A stretch of 64,000 nucleotides of DNA from Arenicellales bacterium. GTDB lineage: Bacteria > Pseudomonadota > Gammaproteobacteria > Arenicellales > JAJDZL01. The stretch spans positions 3,129,242 to 3,193,241 of the forward strand of contig OY761535.1 in NCBI GenBank assembly GCA_963664525.1, given 5' to 3'. Positions within the stretch are counted from its first letter, which is position 1; every line of letters starts with the position of its first letter. The notes below the pieces were generated by a model that worked only from the letters and a program-made list of their open reading frames with translations, was not told the DNA's origin and ran no database searches. Below, piece after piece: positions 1-9,927 of the stretch. Both the position numbers and the translations under genes were made by a program.

Positions 1-1
1 G

Positions 2-796
2 TCTGTTTATTGTTGCAATATCTGACAGTACGACATAGCGCCCATCGGAATCAGCGATGACAGGCACGTTTTCGAATGACAGTTCCGATCGCCGTTGATC
101 GACAATTCGCAACTCCCTTCCCGCGTCATTTCGTCCCAAAACGCCGATCGACGTATCGTACGAATGTGATCGAATTCGATTGCCGATCTGATCAAGTGAC
201 AAGCCAAGATCACGCAATGTTTGTCCTGGAACTTGAACCAGGATTTCTTCGTCCGGCAAGCCAATGATGCTGACTTTTCCGATACCGCGTTCGAGAAGTT
301 CGTCCTTGAATTGATTGCCCAGAATTCGTAGTTGCTCCTTTGAATTACCGCTCAAGATTAACTTGGCGATTCCTTCGTAATTGACAAGTTCAGATACGTT
401 AGGTCGCTCTGCATCTTCAGGCAAATCCGAAATAAGACGATCGACAGTGCTCTTTACATCGTCGGTCGCAGCGCTGATGTTAGTGCCTGGAAAGAATTCA
501 AGATAAATGATTGAAACGCCGTACGAAGACGAAGAGATCATATCTTTGAGATTGTCGGTGTTCTTGAGTTCGAGTTCCAATCGATTGGTAATGGATCGCT
601 CCACATCTTCTGCCGAGGCGCCGGGCCAGACGACCACGATTTTCGAAATATCCAGTGGTAGGTCGGGGAAGAATTGCACACTGATTCTCGAGATGACATA
701 GCCACCAACAACCACAAAAACCACCATGAGAATGTTCATGGCGACTGGATGCGAAGCAAATGTGAGAAGCAGATTCTTGCGTTCAGTGTCAGCCAT
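2..796 (-). CDS. RND (AcrB/HAE1-type) efflux permease, N-terminal 265 codons; gene continues past the left edge
   Basis: Absent from the ORF track because there is no stop in the window. Hand translation from ATG (796) gives MADTERKNLLLTFASHPVAMNILMVVFVVVGGYVISRISVQFFPDLP..VVWPGASAEDVERSITNRLE..DQRRSELSFE. This is a TM1 plus periplasmic porter N-terminus typical of AcrB-family pumps. The gene lies 24 nt downstream of a membrane-fusion-protein gene on the same strand. Confidence 0.85.
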   Translation of the reverse strand, partial: MADTERKNLLLTFASHPVAMNILMVVFVVVGGYVISRISVQFFPDLPLDISKIVVVWPGASAEDVERSITNRLELELKNTDNLKDMISSSSYGVSIIYLEFFPGTNISAATDDVKSTVDRLISDLPEDAERPNVSELVNYEGIAKLILSGNSKEQLRILGNQFKDELLERGIGKVSIIGLPDEEILVQVPGQTLRDLGLSLDQIGNRIRSHSYDTSIGVLGRNDAGRELRIVDQRRSELSFENVPVIADSDGRYVVLSDIATINR

Positions 797-820
797 GAGT
801 CAGTGAGATCAGTCAGCTCG

Positions 821-2080
821 TTAACGTGAATCCCATACTTTCACGGTCAGACCATCACTGGCATTGGTCAATTGAGTCGTCAGAACCAGATCACCATCTT
901 CCAGTTGATCGCTGGTTGCAACGATCATTGTTTCTTGGTCCTGATGAATCTGTCCAAATCGAATAATTTCTATACGCTGCAGTTGGTTTTCTTCAATTTT
1001 GAACACTTCGTTGGATCCATAAACTGCCTGGTAGGGTAGGGCTATGGAATCCGGAATTGGCGATAGCGACAAGTCGAGACTGACGGAACGCCCCAGTTCA
1101 GGATAGTTATCTTTGTTTGCCAAGTGAAAGTAGGCATCGATTCCACCTCGTCCCGGGTCCACCGTGGTTCCGAGTCGGTCCAGCTTCAGCTGCAGCATTT
1201 GGCCGTCGAGTTCCGCAACAGCTTCCAAAGTGCCGTGTTGTGCAATCGTATTTCTAACTTGAGCGATGAAACGATTGGGAATCAGGGTGCGAATTTCGAT
1301 GCGAGTTTGGTCATACATCTCCACCATGGGGGAACCATTTCGTACCCTGCTGCCAATTGCGACCTGGACGGCTGTGATGCGACCATCGTAAGGCGCCTGG
1401 ATGATCGTTTCTTCGAGATCCAGTCGAGCTTTGTCGACTGTTGCCTGGGCGCGTTGCAATTCGGCTTCCAGTACCCCAACGCGGCTGGAGTATTCCCTGA
1501 TTGCAGCTCGACGAGCGGTAACTGCCAATTGGGCTTGCTGTTCTGCTTGTTCAGCGGAATCAAATTCCGCCTGTGAGATGACGTTTCGACTTTTGAGTGT
1601 TTCATAGCGGTTCAGGGATTCCGTTGCCAGTGTGCGCAGTTTTTCTTCGTGCACCAATATTTCCCGATCAGTTTCAAGTCTTTGAGCTTCCCGATCAATG
1701 GATGCTTTTATTCTTGCTATATCCGCTTCGTATTGTCGAATTTGCGTTTCAATAGTCTGTGAATCAAGTTGAATCAATACGTCCGCCTTGGCTACAGCCT
1801 GGCCTGGCCGGACATTGACTGCAACCACTTCCGCATCAAGTATGGAACTTAGAATGGAACTCGATGGTGTAATAATGCGACCAAATAGGTTCGTCGTTGG
1901 AACCAGAGCCTGCTTGTTGACGACCAGTGCGTCGACGATCCACTGGCGCGCTTGGGGAATATCCGGAGTTGCATTGGGGGCATCGACTTTCAGCGCTCCA
2001 AAACCGACAATCGCAATCGCGATGATGCCAACCGGCAACAAGAAACGCAGTACTCGTTTAATCATGTCTATTGCTGCCAA
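821..2080 (-). CDS. RND/efflux periplasmic adaptor (membrane fusion protein, HlyD family)
   Basis: 419-aa ORF with an N-terminal TM anchor (LLPVGIIAIAIVGFGAL), a long coiled-coil (QIRQYEADIARIKASIDREAQRLE..) and a beta-barrel C-terminus. It sits immediately upstream of the RND permease. Codon 1 is TTG; ATG at 2065 is an alternative start. Confidence 0.85.
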   Translation of the reverse strand: MAAIDMIKRVLRFLLPVGIIAIAIVGFGALKVDAPNATPDIPQARQWIVDALVVNKQALVPTTNLFGRIITPSSSILSSILDAEVVAVNVRPGQAVAKADVLIQLDSQTIETQIRQYEADIARIKASIDREAQRLETDREILVHEEKLRTLATESLNRYETLKSRNVISQAEFDSAEQAEQQAQLAVTARRAAIREYSSRVGVLEAELQRAQATVDKARLDLEETIIQAPYDGRITAVQVAIGSRVRNGSPMVEMYDQTRIEIRTLIPNRFIAQVRNTIAQHGTLEAVAELDGQMLQLKLDRLGTTVDPGRGGIDAYFHLANKDNYPELGRSVSLDLSLSPIPDSIALPYQAVYGSNEVFKIEENQLQRIEIIRFGQIHQDQETMIVATSDQLEDGDLVLTTQLTNASDGLTVKVWDSR

Positions 2081-2649
2081 GCAAATTCGTTTTGTGCAAA
2101 ATCAAACAACTTAAAGCTGTCTGAGACATCATTTTCCTCAGTTTGTAGCGGTTTGGAATTGAATGAACGTGCAAAAATACCATATGTCCAATTTGGCCGA
2201 ATGTATTTGACAAGTCAAGAGATTTCTCGGATGTTTGGATACTCGATAAGGATACGGACGTCGAATGCGAATTGAATGCCTGGATTCTTGAATCGATTAT
2301 AGCGATGGAAGATTAAAGCTATCGTGCTTAAACCGGGGTTTGAAATTACGATAGAGCAAATTCCCTGAGCCTATCATTGACTACACCGGAACTACCCTAT
2401 AGTTCAGCACTAAGCTTGCCCAACATTCAATAATGGTATTGAACATCGTTGAGTGTTGATTCTCGGTCAAAAACCGTTCAAAATCCAAAATTACAATGCG
2501 CAACTTTCGACCGCGGTTTCAAGCGCGTGGGGCCACTGGCATCAAGGTTTGCAGCGGATGCTGCAAAGAACATCCAAAACTTGGCTCCAACGACGTACAC
2601 ATCATGATGGTACAAACATCGATTGGGCTAAGTTTCAAACCATAGACTA

Positions 2650-3525
2650 TCAACCGCTTGAGGCTCCCAGGGCCGTCAGTTCCTTGATAACTCGATCGTG
2701 AAGGATTTTCTCGTACGCATCCTTGATCGGTAAATCGGCTGCCTGCTGCAACAATTTGTGGGCTCTTTTTGAGTATTTATCTTGATCCAATTCGAGCAGA
2801 CCGATCGCGAGATCCAAATTATTTGCCTTGGACTGCTGATTCAATGCATAGGCCTGGTCGAAGTGTCGAAGCGCATCTTTCTTTCTCGCACCAAATAGTG
2901 TTCGCCCTAATAGCCGACCTATCCGGGCAATGATCCCAACATGCCACCGTCCCATACTCACATGGGCTGCAGACATTTGCGGATCAATTTGAAGCGCATT
3001 CTCAATCGCCTCGCGCGTTTGCTTAGCATAGTTCTCCTGGGTTGCTTGGGCTTTACTGATATGCCGAGAATGTCGCCCTATTGCTCGAGACAGCCAAAGA
3101 TACGCAGCAGCGTCATCGGGGTCCGACTCGATGGCTTTTCGTGCGAGTTCAATCGCATACTCCAGCAGTTGTTTCTTTTCGTGATCAGCAGCGATGTAGC
3201 GGGCGTGAATGACCATGGATTTTGCGGCGAGACCATAGCCTGATGAATGACCCAGAGTTTCTGCTATTTCTGCCGCTTCCATAAACCGGCCTTCGGAGTA
3301 AGCGTCAATTGCGTGATTGAAACTGTCAGCGCCTGCGAGGCGAGCGCCAATTGATAAATTAACTGTCGCAAGCAAAGCGATCGTCCATAGTACCACGAAC
3401 AAACGGTTTGAGAGGTGGACTTTAGAAATAAGTGGATATCTGCCCCGATCGAAACTGTACGACAAATCGCATACCCGATCGAATGATTTACGACAGTAAT
3501 TTACAGAATTGTTGAGAAGCTGCAC
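2650..3525 (-). CDS. Membrane-anchored/secreted TPR-like helical-repeat protein (TatT/RMD1-like)
   Basis: 291-aa ORF with a GTG start. It has a hydrophobic anchor (LFVVLWTIALLATVNL) followed by helical repeats rich in A/L/Y (AAAYLWLSRAIG.., ALRHFDQAYALN..). It starts 14 nt after the methyltransferase stop on the same strand. Function unknown. Confidence 0.5.
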   Translation of the reverse strand: MQLLNNSVNYCRKSFDRVCDLSYSFDRGRYPLISKVHLSNRLFVVLWTIALLATVNLSIGARLAGADSFNHAIDAYSEGRFMEAAEIAETLGHSSGYGLAAKSMVIHARYIAADHEKKQLLEYAIELARKAIESDPDDAAAYLWLSRAIGRHSRHISKAQATQENYAKQTREAIENALQIDPQMSAAHVSMGRWHVGIIARIGRLLGRTLFGARKKDALRHFDQAYALNQQSKANNLDLAIGLLELDQDKYSKRAHKLLQQAADLPIKDAYEKILHDRVIKELTALGASSG

Positions 3526-3538
3526 TGTTCGATCAAAA

Positions 3539-4549
3539 TCAAGATTCGGATTTCAAATCACAGGTGGAATGGACCAAGGCCATATTGTTCCAATCGAATA
3601 GACTGCTTTTATCGTCGAGTGCTTCATTGATAAAACATCGAGCAAGCCTGAAATCCATCCTTCTGCGATAATGACCATCCTTTCTGACCCCCTTGAAAGG
3701 GGTTAGAAAAAGATCATGTGTCTGCCTGCGAAACTCCTCTAACCTCCTGTTCAGCTTTTCGACCAATATGGGAATTTCTCCGAACTGTCCGCCGATTCTG
3801 GTAAAAAACCTGGAAGACACCTTGACGGGATATTTCTGGATCTCGTCAATTTCGCAAAATCGAATGGAAGATTCTCGAACATTGTCAAAAGAAATAAAGC
3901 CAAGCTGACCTTCCGGGTCATTAAATCGGACCCGCCTATTTTGAATCGGTGCAGGAATCATGTTTTCAAGGTCCTGTAGATATCCCACAAACTTGTTGTC
4001 GTAGTAGATTTTGGTTTGAGAGTTGATTTGCTCATTGAATAATGCCAGGCAAACTGGATTATCCGTATCATTGAACATTCCCTTGTCGTGGAGCAGTATG
4101 TATGAAGAAAGTCTTTCTCTAAAAAGGCCACTTTGAAAAAAACTGGCCGGAACCAGCGCCGCGACGTACTTGCAATTGATCAAACAAAGTTCAAGGCAAT
4201 GTTTGTAAAGATCGTCATGGCGAGTATCTGGATAGGGCAATCTCCTTCTTGTCGCGGAATTCCGAGCTAGCCATGGAGGATTCGTAACGCAGACATCAAA
4301 TCCTTTAGGAAATGAACGAATCGTGTCTTTATTTTCAACGCTCTTATCGGCTGGTGCTATGTCGTAGGAACTGAATTGTTCGCACAGTTTGTTTTCTTGC
4401 AATATCTTGATGATGTTATTTGATCCCGCGAACGGCTCAAGGATTCGCTTTGAAGGCAAATCGATATTATTAGACCACTCCAGAAAGGGACCAAGTGAGA
4501 AGGGATTTCCCAGCGTGTAGAATTGCCCCTTTGTTCTTTTTTCCGACAT
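3539..4549 (-). CDS. N6-adenine DNA methyltransferase (gamma-class motif order), orphan
   Basis: Motif X-like GQFYT (aa 8-12), SAM motif I LEPFAGSNN and catalytic motif IV TNPPW. About 200 aa of C-terminal sequence is unassigned and could be a target-recognition domain. No endonuclease-like ORF is adjacent. Confidence 0.75.
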   Translation of the reverse strand: MSEKRTKGQFYTLGNPFSLGPFLEWSNNIDLPSKRILEPFAGSNNIIKILQENKLCEQFSSYDIAPADKSVENKDTIRSFPKGFDVCVTNPPWLARNSATRRRLPYPDTRHDDLYKHCLELCLINCKYVAALVPASFFQSGLFRERLSSYILLHDKGMFNDTDNPVCLALFNEQINSQTKIYYDNKFVGYLQDLENMIPAPIQNRRVRFNDPEGQLGFISFDNVRESSIRFCEIDEIQKYPVKVSSRFFTRIGGQFGEIPILVEKLNRRLEEFRRQTHDLFLTPFKGVRKDGHYRRRMDFRLARCFINEALDDKSSLFDWNNMALVHSTCDLKSES

Positions 4550-4656
4550 CGATTCCAGTGTTTTATCAAGTTCTAGACTGAAACGACCCTAACCGACAAT
4601 TGATCGTTGACAGGACAATAGCTCATGAATTTGGAATGAAAACCCAGTCCAAGCAG

Positions 4657-5340
4657 TTACTCATAAAGTTTCGCATACCGGTGACAGGATACCAAATGAT
4701 CGTTTACCAATCCTGCAGCCTGTAGGAAAGAATAGCAAATGGTTGTGCCAACAAAGGAAAATCCACGCTGCTTTAAGTCCTTGCTGATGCTGTCCGACAA
4801 AGCGGTATTGCTGGGCACTTGGCCTTGGGAGTTCCATGCGTTTTGAACAGGTCTTCCGTCTACAAACCCCCAGAAATAGCGATCAAGCGTCATCCCTGCT
4901 TCGCGCATCTCCAAAACCGCTTGGGCGTTCTTAATGAATGCGTTGATCTTCAAACGATTTCGCACGATCCCAGGATCGGTAACTAGAGCGGATCTCTTTT
5001 GGTCTCCATAGCGGGCGATTAAGTCAGGATTAAAGCCGTCAAAAACCTTGATGTAATGTGGTCTTTTGCGCAAGATCGTGAGCCAACTCAAGCCTGCCTG
5101 AGCTCCTTCCAGACACAGCATTTCAAAAAGCTTTATATTGTCGTGCTCCGGTACTGCCCACTCTCGGTCGTGATATTCACAAATAAGCGGATCTTCACCG
5201 CACCACCAGCATCGGGTCAAACCATCCAAAACAAACAAACTCCAAGACAATTGAGGTTGATTAACGAGATTCAAACAACTGAAATCGCTTACTGATAGTG
5301 TACGCGTTTTGGCTAATCGTTGGAATCGAATTCTTGCCAT
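4657..5340 (-). CDS. tag: DNA-3-methyladenine glycosylase I
   Basis: RCWWCGEDPLICEYHDREWAVPEHD..LCLEGAQAGLSWLTILRKR..FVGTTICYSFLQAAGLVNDHLVSCHRY tracks E. coli Tag along its whole length. The ORF carries about 45 extra N-terminal codons, so the true start may be internal. Confidence 0.9.
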   Translation of the reverse strand: MARIRFQRLAKTRTLSVSDFSCLNLVNQPQLSWSLFVLDGLTRCWWCGEDPLICEYHDREWAVPEHDNIKLFEMLCLEGAQAGLSWLTILRKRPHYIKVFDGFNPDLIARYGDQKRSALVTDPGIVRNRLKINAFIKNAQAVLEMREAGMTLDRYFWGFVDGRPVQNAWNSQGQVPSNTALSDSISKDLKQRGFSFVGTTICYSFLQAAGLVNDHLVSCHRYAKLYE

Positions 5341-5740
5341 CAGTTGTTAGCTTTTGACGATCAACCAGCACCGTCCCTGATAGCAAACAACAAACAAGGA
5401 TGAGAAAAACATTAAACAGGATTAGAAATTCGTCATACTGCAGCTTTCAAATAAGAGCAGAACAAACGGTGTCCAGTTTCAGATAAACGTCCAAAATGTT
5501 ACCGGCTTGGTACCGTTTCAGTGAAGTATACGCGCGCTGATGCTACCCACTGTAATGATGATATTCTCGCGCGGTGGGTAATGCAATCGCTGTCATGGGG
5601 CGAAGTCTAGCCGCCTGTGGCCGGAATACAGACGCAATAATCATGGATACAAACATCGTTATTCTTGGATGTAAAATTCTATGTCGAATTTGAGATAAAG
5701 CAGTCAACAACAAACTTTCAAATTGAACAGGTATCGAAAC

Positions 5741-7027
5741 ATGACCGACCAATATACGATCGCTTTTTTCCCGGAAGGAGCATTTGGACCCGCGCTTAAC
5801 TCCGTTGGTATCGCACAAGCTTGTACGGAACTGGGACACCGTTGTGTCTTTTTGACCGATCCTGGATTTTCCGGTGTATTTTCCGGTTATGGATTTGAAG
5901 AGCGAATCGTTAGGTTGTCGGAAGAAATGCCACCCGAAGAAATGGCTAAATATTGGTCAAATTTTATTGATGGTCATATTCCGAATTTCAACCTGACACC
6001 ATATCAACAGATCGGGAACTACGTCAAGGAGTGTTGGGAAGCCATTGTTGACACTGCCAAGTGGGCAGAAAAGGATCTACCAACTGTGCTTGATGATCTT
6101 AAGCCTGATCTGATCTGTATTGATAACGTCATCCTGTTTCCTGCAGCGAAGCGTTTCGGTGTGCCTTGGATTCGTATCATTTCCTGTAGCGAAAATGAGA
6201 TAGAAGACCCGATGATCCCACCACACTTGTCCGGCTGCGGTGAAAATGATATTGAGTGTTTCGAAGCCTACCGAAACCGATTTAACGAAGTCGTCAAACC
6301 GGTCCATGAAGATTTCAACGAATTTCTAATTTCGTTTGGCGAATCTCCATATCCTTTGGGTCTGTTTTTTGAACCCTCTCCCTATATGAATCTTCTGCTT
6401 TACCCTGAGCCTTTGCAATACAAACGGCAACACTCGCTGGACCCTGATAAATTTCAGTATCTTGAAGGTTGTGTTCGAAGCGACGAGCACTACGAGGTGC
6501 CCGACTTTGAAAGAAACAACGAGGCACCACTGATTTACCTCAGTTTCGGATCACTGGGTTCTGGAGATACCGATTTGCTCAAACGAATGATTGATGTTCT
6601 CGGCAAACTGGAGTATCGAGTACTGGTCAATATCGGCGATTACGGCGATGCCTACGATTCGCTCCCGGACAATGTTCATGTGGCATCCTGGTATCCGCAG
6701 CCATCTGTCATTGAACAGTGTGATGCGGTGATCCATCATGGTGGCAACAACAGTTTTACCGAGTGCTTGTATTTTGGAAAACCTGCCCTGATCATGCCCT
6801 ATGTCTGGGACGGCCACGATAATTCCACGCGCGTGCAAGAAACCGGGCATGGCTTGAAAATGCACCGTTCTAACTGGACGGACGAGCAATTGGCCGAGGC
6901 TATCGAAACCCTGTTAAATGACAAGGATATGCACGATCGGCTCCAATCAACCAGCGCACACATGAAAAAGGCAAACGGACAGCAAAAAGCTGCCCAAATA
7001 ATTGATCAGCTATTGCGTGCGAAATAG
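5741..7027 (+). CDS. UDP-glycosyltransferase, GT1 (MGT/UGT-like) family
   Basis: C-terminal nucleotide-sugar signature: WYPQPSVIEQCDAVIHHGGNNSFTECLYFGKPALIMPYVWDGHDN. The start is set at ATG 5741 (MTDQYTIAFFPEGAFGP); the ORF track begins at TTG 5723. Confidence 0.8.
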   Translation: MTDQYTIAFFPEGAFGPALNSVGIAQACTELGHRCVFLTDPGFSGVFSGYGFEERIVRLSEEMPPEEMAKYWSNFIDGHIPNFNLTPYQQIGNYVKECWEAIVDTAKWAEKDLPTVLDDLKPDLICIDNVILFPAAKRFGVPWIRIISCSENEIEDPMIPPHLSGCGENDIECFEAYRNRFNEVVKPVHEDFNEFLISFGESPYPLGLFFEPSPYMNLLLYPEPLQYKRQHSLDPDKFQYLEGCVRSDEHYEVPDFERNNEAPLIYLSFGSLGSGDTDLLKRMIDVLGKLEYRVLVNIGDYGDAYDSLPDNVHVASWYPQPSVIEQCDAVIHHGGNNSFTECLYFGKPALIMPYVWDGHDNSTRVQETGHGLKMHRSNWTDEQLAEAIETLLNDKDMHDRLQSTSAHMKKANGQQKAAQIIDQLLRAK

Positions 7028-7078
7028 TTTGCCGGTGGCGACAACGGTGTTATTCGACGCCGCTGAAGTCAAATTGAT

Positions 7079-7399
7079 TCAGACTTTGACGTAGACCTGA
7101 TCGTCAACGACTCTCACTGCGTAGGTCTGTAAGTCATCTTCTGCGGGATCTTCAACGACTTTTCCGGTCGTAACACTAAATTCCGCGAGATGTAAGGGGC
7201 AGACGATGCGATCTTCCTCGATATAGCCATCAGAAAGGCAGGCATATTCGTGTGTACAAACATTACTGATTGCATAAATTTCGCTATCCATCATAACCAA
7301 TGCTATTTCTTCAGCACCGATGTCAACCGGGAAAGGGACCCGGTCTTCCAAATCTGATATCGAAGCAACTGCATGATAGTTTTCCAAACTCTCGTTCAT
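7079..7399 (-). CDS. Rieske [2Fe-2S] ferredoxin
   Basis: 106 aa with the CTHE..(17)..CPLH Rieske ligand pattern (CxH...CxxH). Confidence 0.85.
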   Translation of the reverse strand: MNESLENYHAVASISDLEDRVPFPVDIGAEEIALVMMDSEIYAISNVCTHEYACLSDGYIEEDRIVCPLHLAEFSVTTGKVVEDPAEDDLQTYAVRVVDDQVYVKV

Positions 7400-7830
7400 T
7401 TTTTATCGAGGCTCCATTGAATTGGGAACAATTAATGTCGTCGTTTGCAGTGTTTCGCCTCTAAACGGGCGGGTAGCTGCCACAAAGCAAATCATTATAG
7501 TGAGTTGAATTTATCCTGTAGTTTCGAAATCAAAACGCAATTGTTTCTTCATAGGAATAATTCAGTCCTCTTTGCTTTTGATCAGGCAGTGGAAAACTTT
7601 TGCTAAACCCTGTGTCTGAAATTAGACTGATGGGACGCCGTGGTTTTTGGGCTGAGCGATCAGTGGAAAAAAGTACGATATGGAGTCAATGTAAAATGCC
7701 CGCAAAACCAAGCTACAAAATTTCGATCCAAGTTTTTCTTAAATTTCCTGTTTTGCGATAGCATCTGACACAAAACCCTCTGTACCGACTTTATTCAGCT
7801 TGCAAGTATGGCACAACAGCGTTGAACCCG

Positions 7831-9927
7831 ATGATGCGGACGCACAATCCTGAAATAAGACTCGGTGCCGATATTGGCGGTACGTTCACTGACATTGCTC
7901 TGGCCATTGATGGTCAAATTCAGTCAATCAAAGTGCTGACGGATCACAATGCTCTAGAGGCTGCAGTCGTCGACGGAATCTTGAAAGTTACTTCTCTTGC
8001 GGCCATCGCCCCGCAGGAGATTGGCCAAATCATTCACGGTACGACGCTGGCGACCAACGCCTTAATAGAGCGGCGCGGTGCAAAAACTGCTTTGATTACC
8101 ACCGATGGCTTTCGGGATGTAATCGAGATGCGAACCGAAAGCCGATTTGACCAATATGACCTTAATCTTCAACTGAACCCGGCGCTGATTCCTCGCCAGC
8201 ACCGATACACGGTCAAAGGACGAATGGATGCCCACGGTAAAGAGTTGCAAGCACTCGATGAACCTGCAGTTGAGCATCTTGCAACGATAATTTCTACCCA
8301 AGAATTCGAGTCTGTTGCCATTGGATTGATTCATTCCTATGCGAATCCCACCCACGAATTACGGGTTCGTGAAATACTCGCTTCCAGGTTGCCAAATGTA
8401 TCGATATCGATCAGCGCAGAAATATCGCCACAAATGCGGGAATACCCGCGATTTTGCACAGTCTGTGCGAATGCCTACATACGTCCGAAAATTGAGCGCT
8501 ATCTGACGCAATTGCAAACGAAGCTTAATGCTCAAGGTGTAACGTGCCCTGTATACATGATTCATTCAGCGGGTGGCTTGATATCAGTTGACACCGCGAA
8601 AGATTTTCCAGTGCGTTTGGTTGAATCAGGCCCAGCGGGAGGCGCCATGTTTGCAGCAGACATGGCGGCGAAATTTGGACTGGATAAGGTCGTTTCATTT
8701 GACATGGGCGGAACGACCGCGAAGATATGCCTAATCGAAGACAGCCAGCCACGCACCAGTCGGGAATTTGAGGTGGCACGCAGCCAACGGTTTTGCAAAG
8801 GCTCTGGAATGCCTTTGTCAATCCCGGTGATTGATATGATCGAGATCGGTGCAGGTGGTGGTTCAATTGCTTGGATCGACTCGATGAAACGAATACAGAT
8901 CGGACCTCAGTCTGCCGGGTCTGACCCGGGTCCTGCATGCTACCAGCGAGGTGGACAGCAACCAACCGTGACCGATGCTGATCTTATTCTGGGCAAAATT
9001 GATCCGGACCGCTTCGCCGAAGGAACCATACAGTTGTCCGATTCAGCTGCAACTTTGGCAATCAGTGAAAGTTTGGGCAAAGCGCTTTCGTCTGACGTGA
9101 CGACAGCCGCTTTTGGTATTTGTGAAGTCGTGGATGAAAACATGGCCAATGCCGCGCGTGTTCATGCGGTAGAAAATGGCAGTGATATCTCAGACCACGT
9201 TATGATTGCTTTTGGCGGTGCCGCCCCGCTGCACGCGGCCAGAATCTGCGAAAAACTCAATATTGACAGTTGCCTGATACCGCGTGGAGCGGGCGTCGGT
9301 TCTGCAATTGGATTTCTAATTGCTCCATTCAGTTATGAAGCTGTCGAGTCCCGGGTAATGAGTCTGAATAAGTTTCAGGTCGAAACGGTGAACCAGAGGT
9401 TGGCGGATTTGATTGAAAAAGCTGAAAATTTCGTTCGCGCCGGGACTCAGGCAAAGGTAAGCCTTGAGGTTACCGCATTTATGCGATACCAGGGACAGGG
9501 TTGGGAAATTCCGGTTCCAATCACAATACACAAATTGACCTTGGATGATGTGCCAAGGCTCAAAGCACATTTCGAACAGTGTTATGAAGAATTCTTTGGT
9601 CGGAAAATCGACATCCTGGACGATCTGGATATTGAAGTTGTTTCCTGGTCTGTCAAGGTTTCAGAAGAAAAAAGTAAACCGTCGTCGGTGACAATGACTA
9701 AAGTCGGAAACAAGATGCATCCATTGGAATCTCGAACGGTATTTGATCCAGCGTCAGGGCAAATGAAAAAAAATGGTATCGTAGACCGAATGGATTTGGT
9801 GGTTGGCGAACGGATCATCGGTCCGGCGATTATCGTGGAGCAACAGACATCGACGGTTGTCACTTCAAGGTTCGACGCGGTTTTACAATCCGACGGATCA
9901 ATCTTGCTGATGAGAAAATCAGGATAA
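7831..9927 (+). CDS. Hydantoinase/oxoprolinase family protein, A (HyuA-like) subunit
   Basis: N-terminal ATPase fold motif RLGADIGGTFTDIAL, a second phosphate motif FDMGGTTAKICLIE, and about 700 aa in length. Its stop abuts the B-subunit start. The ORF opens at TTG 7822. Confidence 0.88.
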   Translation: MMRTHNPEIRLGADIGGTFTDIALAIDGQIQSIKVLTDHNALEAAVVDGILKVTSLAAIAPQEIGQIIHGTTLATNALIERRGAKTALITTDGFRDVIEMRTESRFDQYDLNLQLNPALIPRQHRYTVKGRMDAHGKELQALDEPAVEHLATIISTQEFESVAIGLIHSYANPTHELRVREILASRLPNVSISISAEISPQMREYPRFCTVCANAYIRPKIERYLTQLQTKLNAQGVTCPVYMIHSAGGLISVDTAKDFPVRLVESGPAGGAMFAADMAAKFGLDKVVSFDMGGTTAKICLIEDSQPRTSREFEVARSQRFCKGSGMPLSIPVIDMIEIGAGGGSIAWIDSMKRIQIGPQSAGSDPGPACYQRGGQQPTVTDADLILGKIDPDRFAEGTIQLSDSAATLAISESLGKALSSDVTTAAFGICEVVDENMANAARVHAVENGSDISDHVMIAFGGAAPLHAARICEKLNIDSCLIPRGAGVGSAIGFLIAPFSYEAVESRVMSLNKFQVETVNQRLADLIEKAENFVRAGTQAKVSLEVTAFMRYQGQGWEIPVPITIHKLTLDDVPRLKAHFEQCYEEFFGRKIDILDDLDIEVVSWSVKVSEEKSKPSSVTMTKVGNKMHPLESRTVFDPASGQMKKNGIVDRMDLVVGERIIGPAIIVEQQTSTVVTSRFDAVLQSDGSILLMRKSG

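Noticed and set aside
7796-7815. Sigma-54-like TGGCAC upstream of hyuA (tatggcacaacagcgttgaa)
   Set aside because: The -12 element is out of register (TGGCAC-N5 is followed by CGTTG, not TTGC). The site also abuts the start codon, so it is probably chance.
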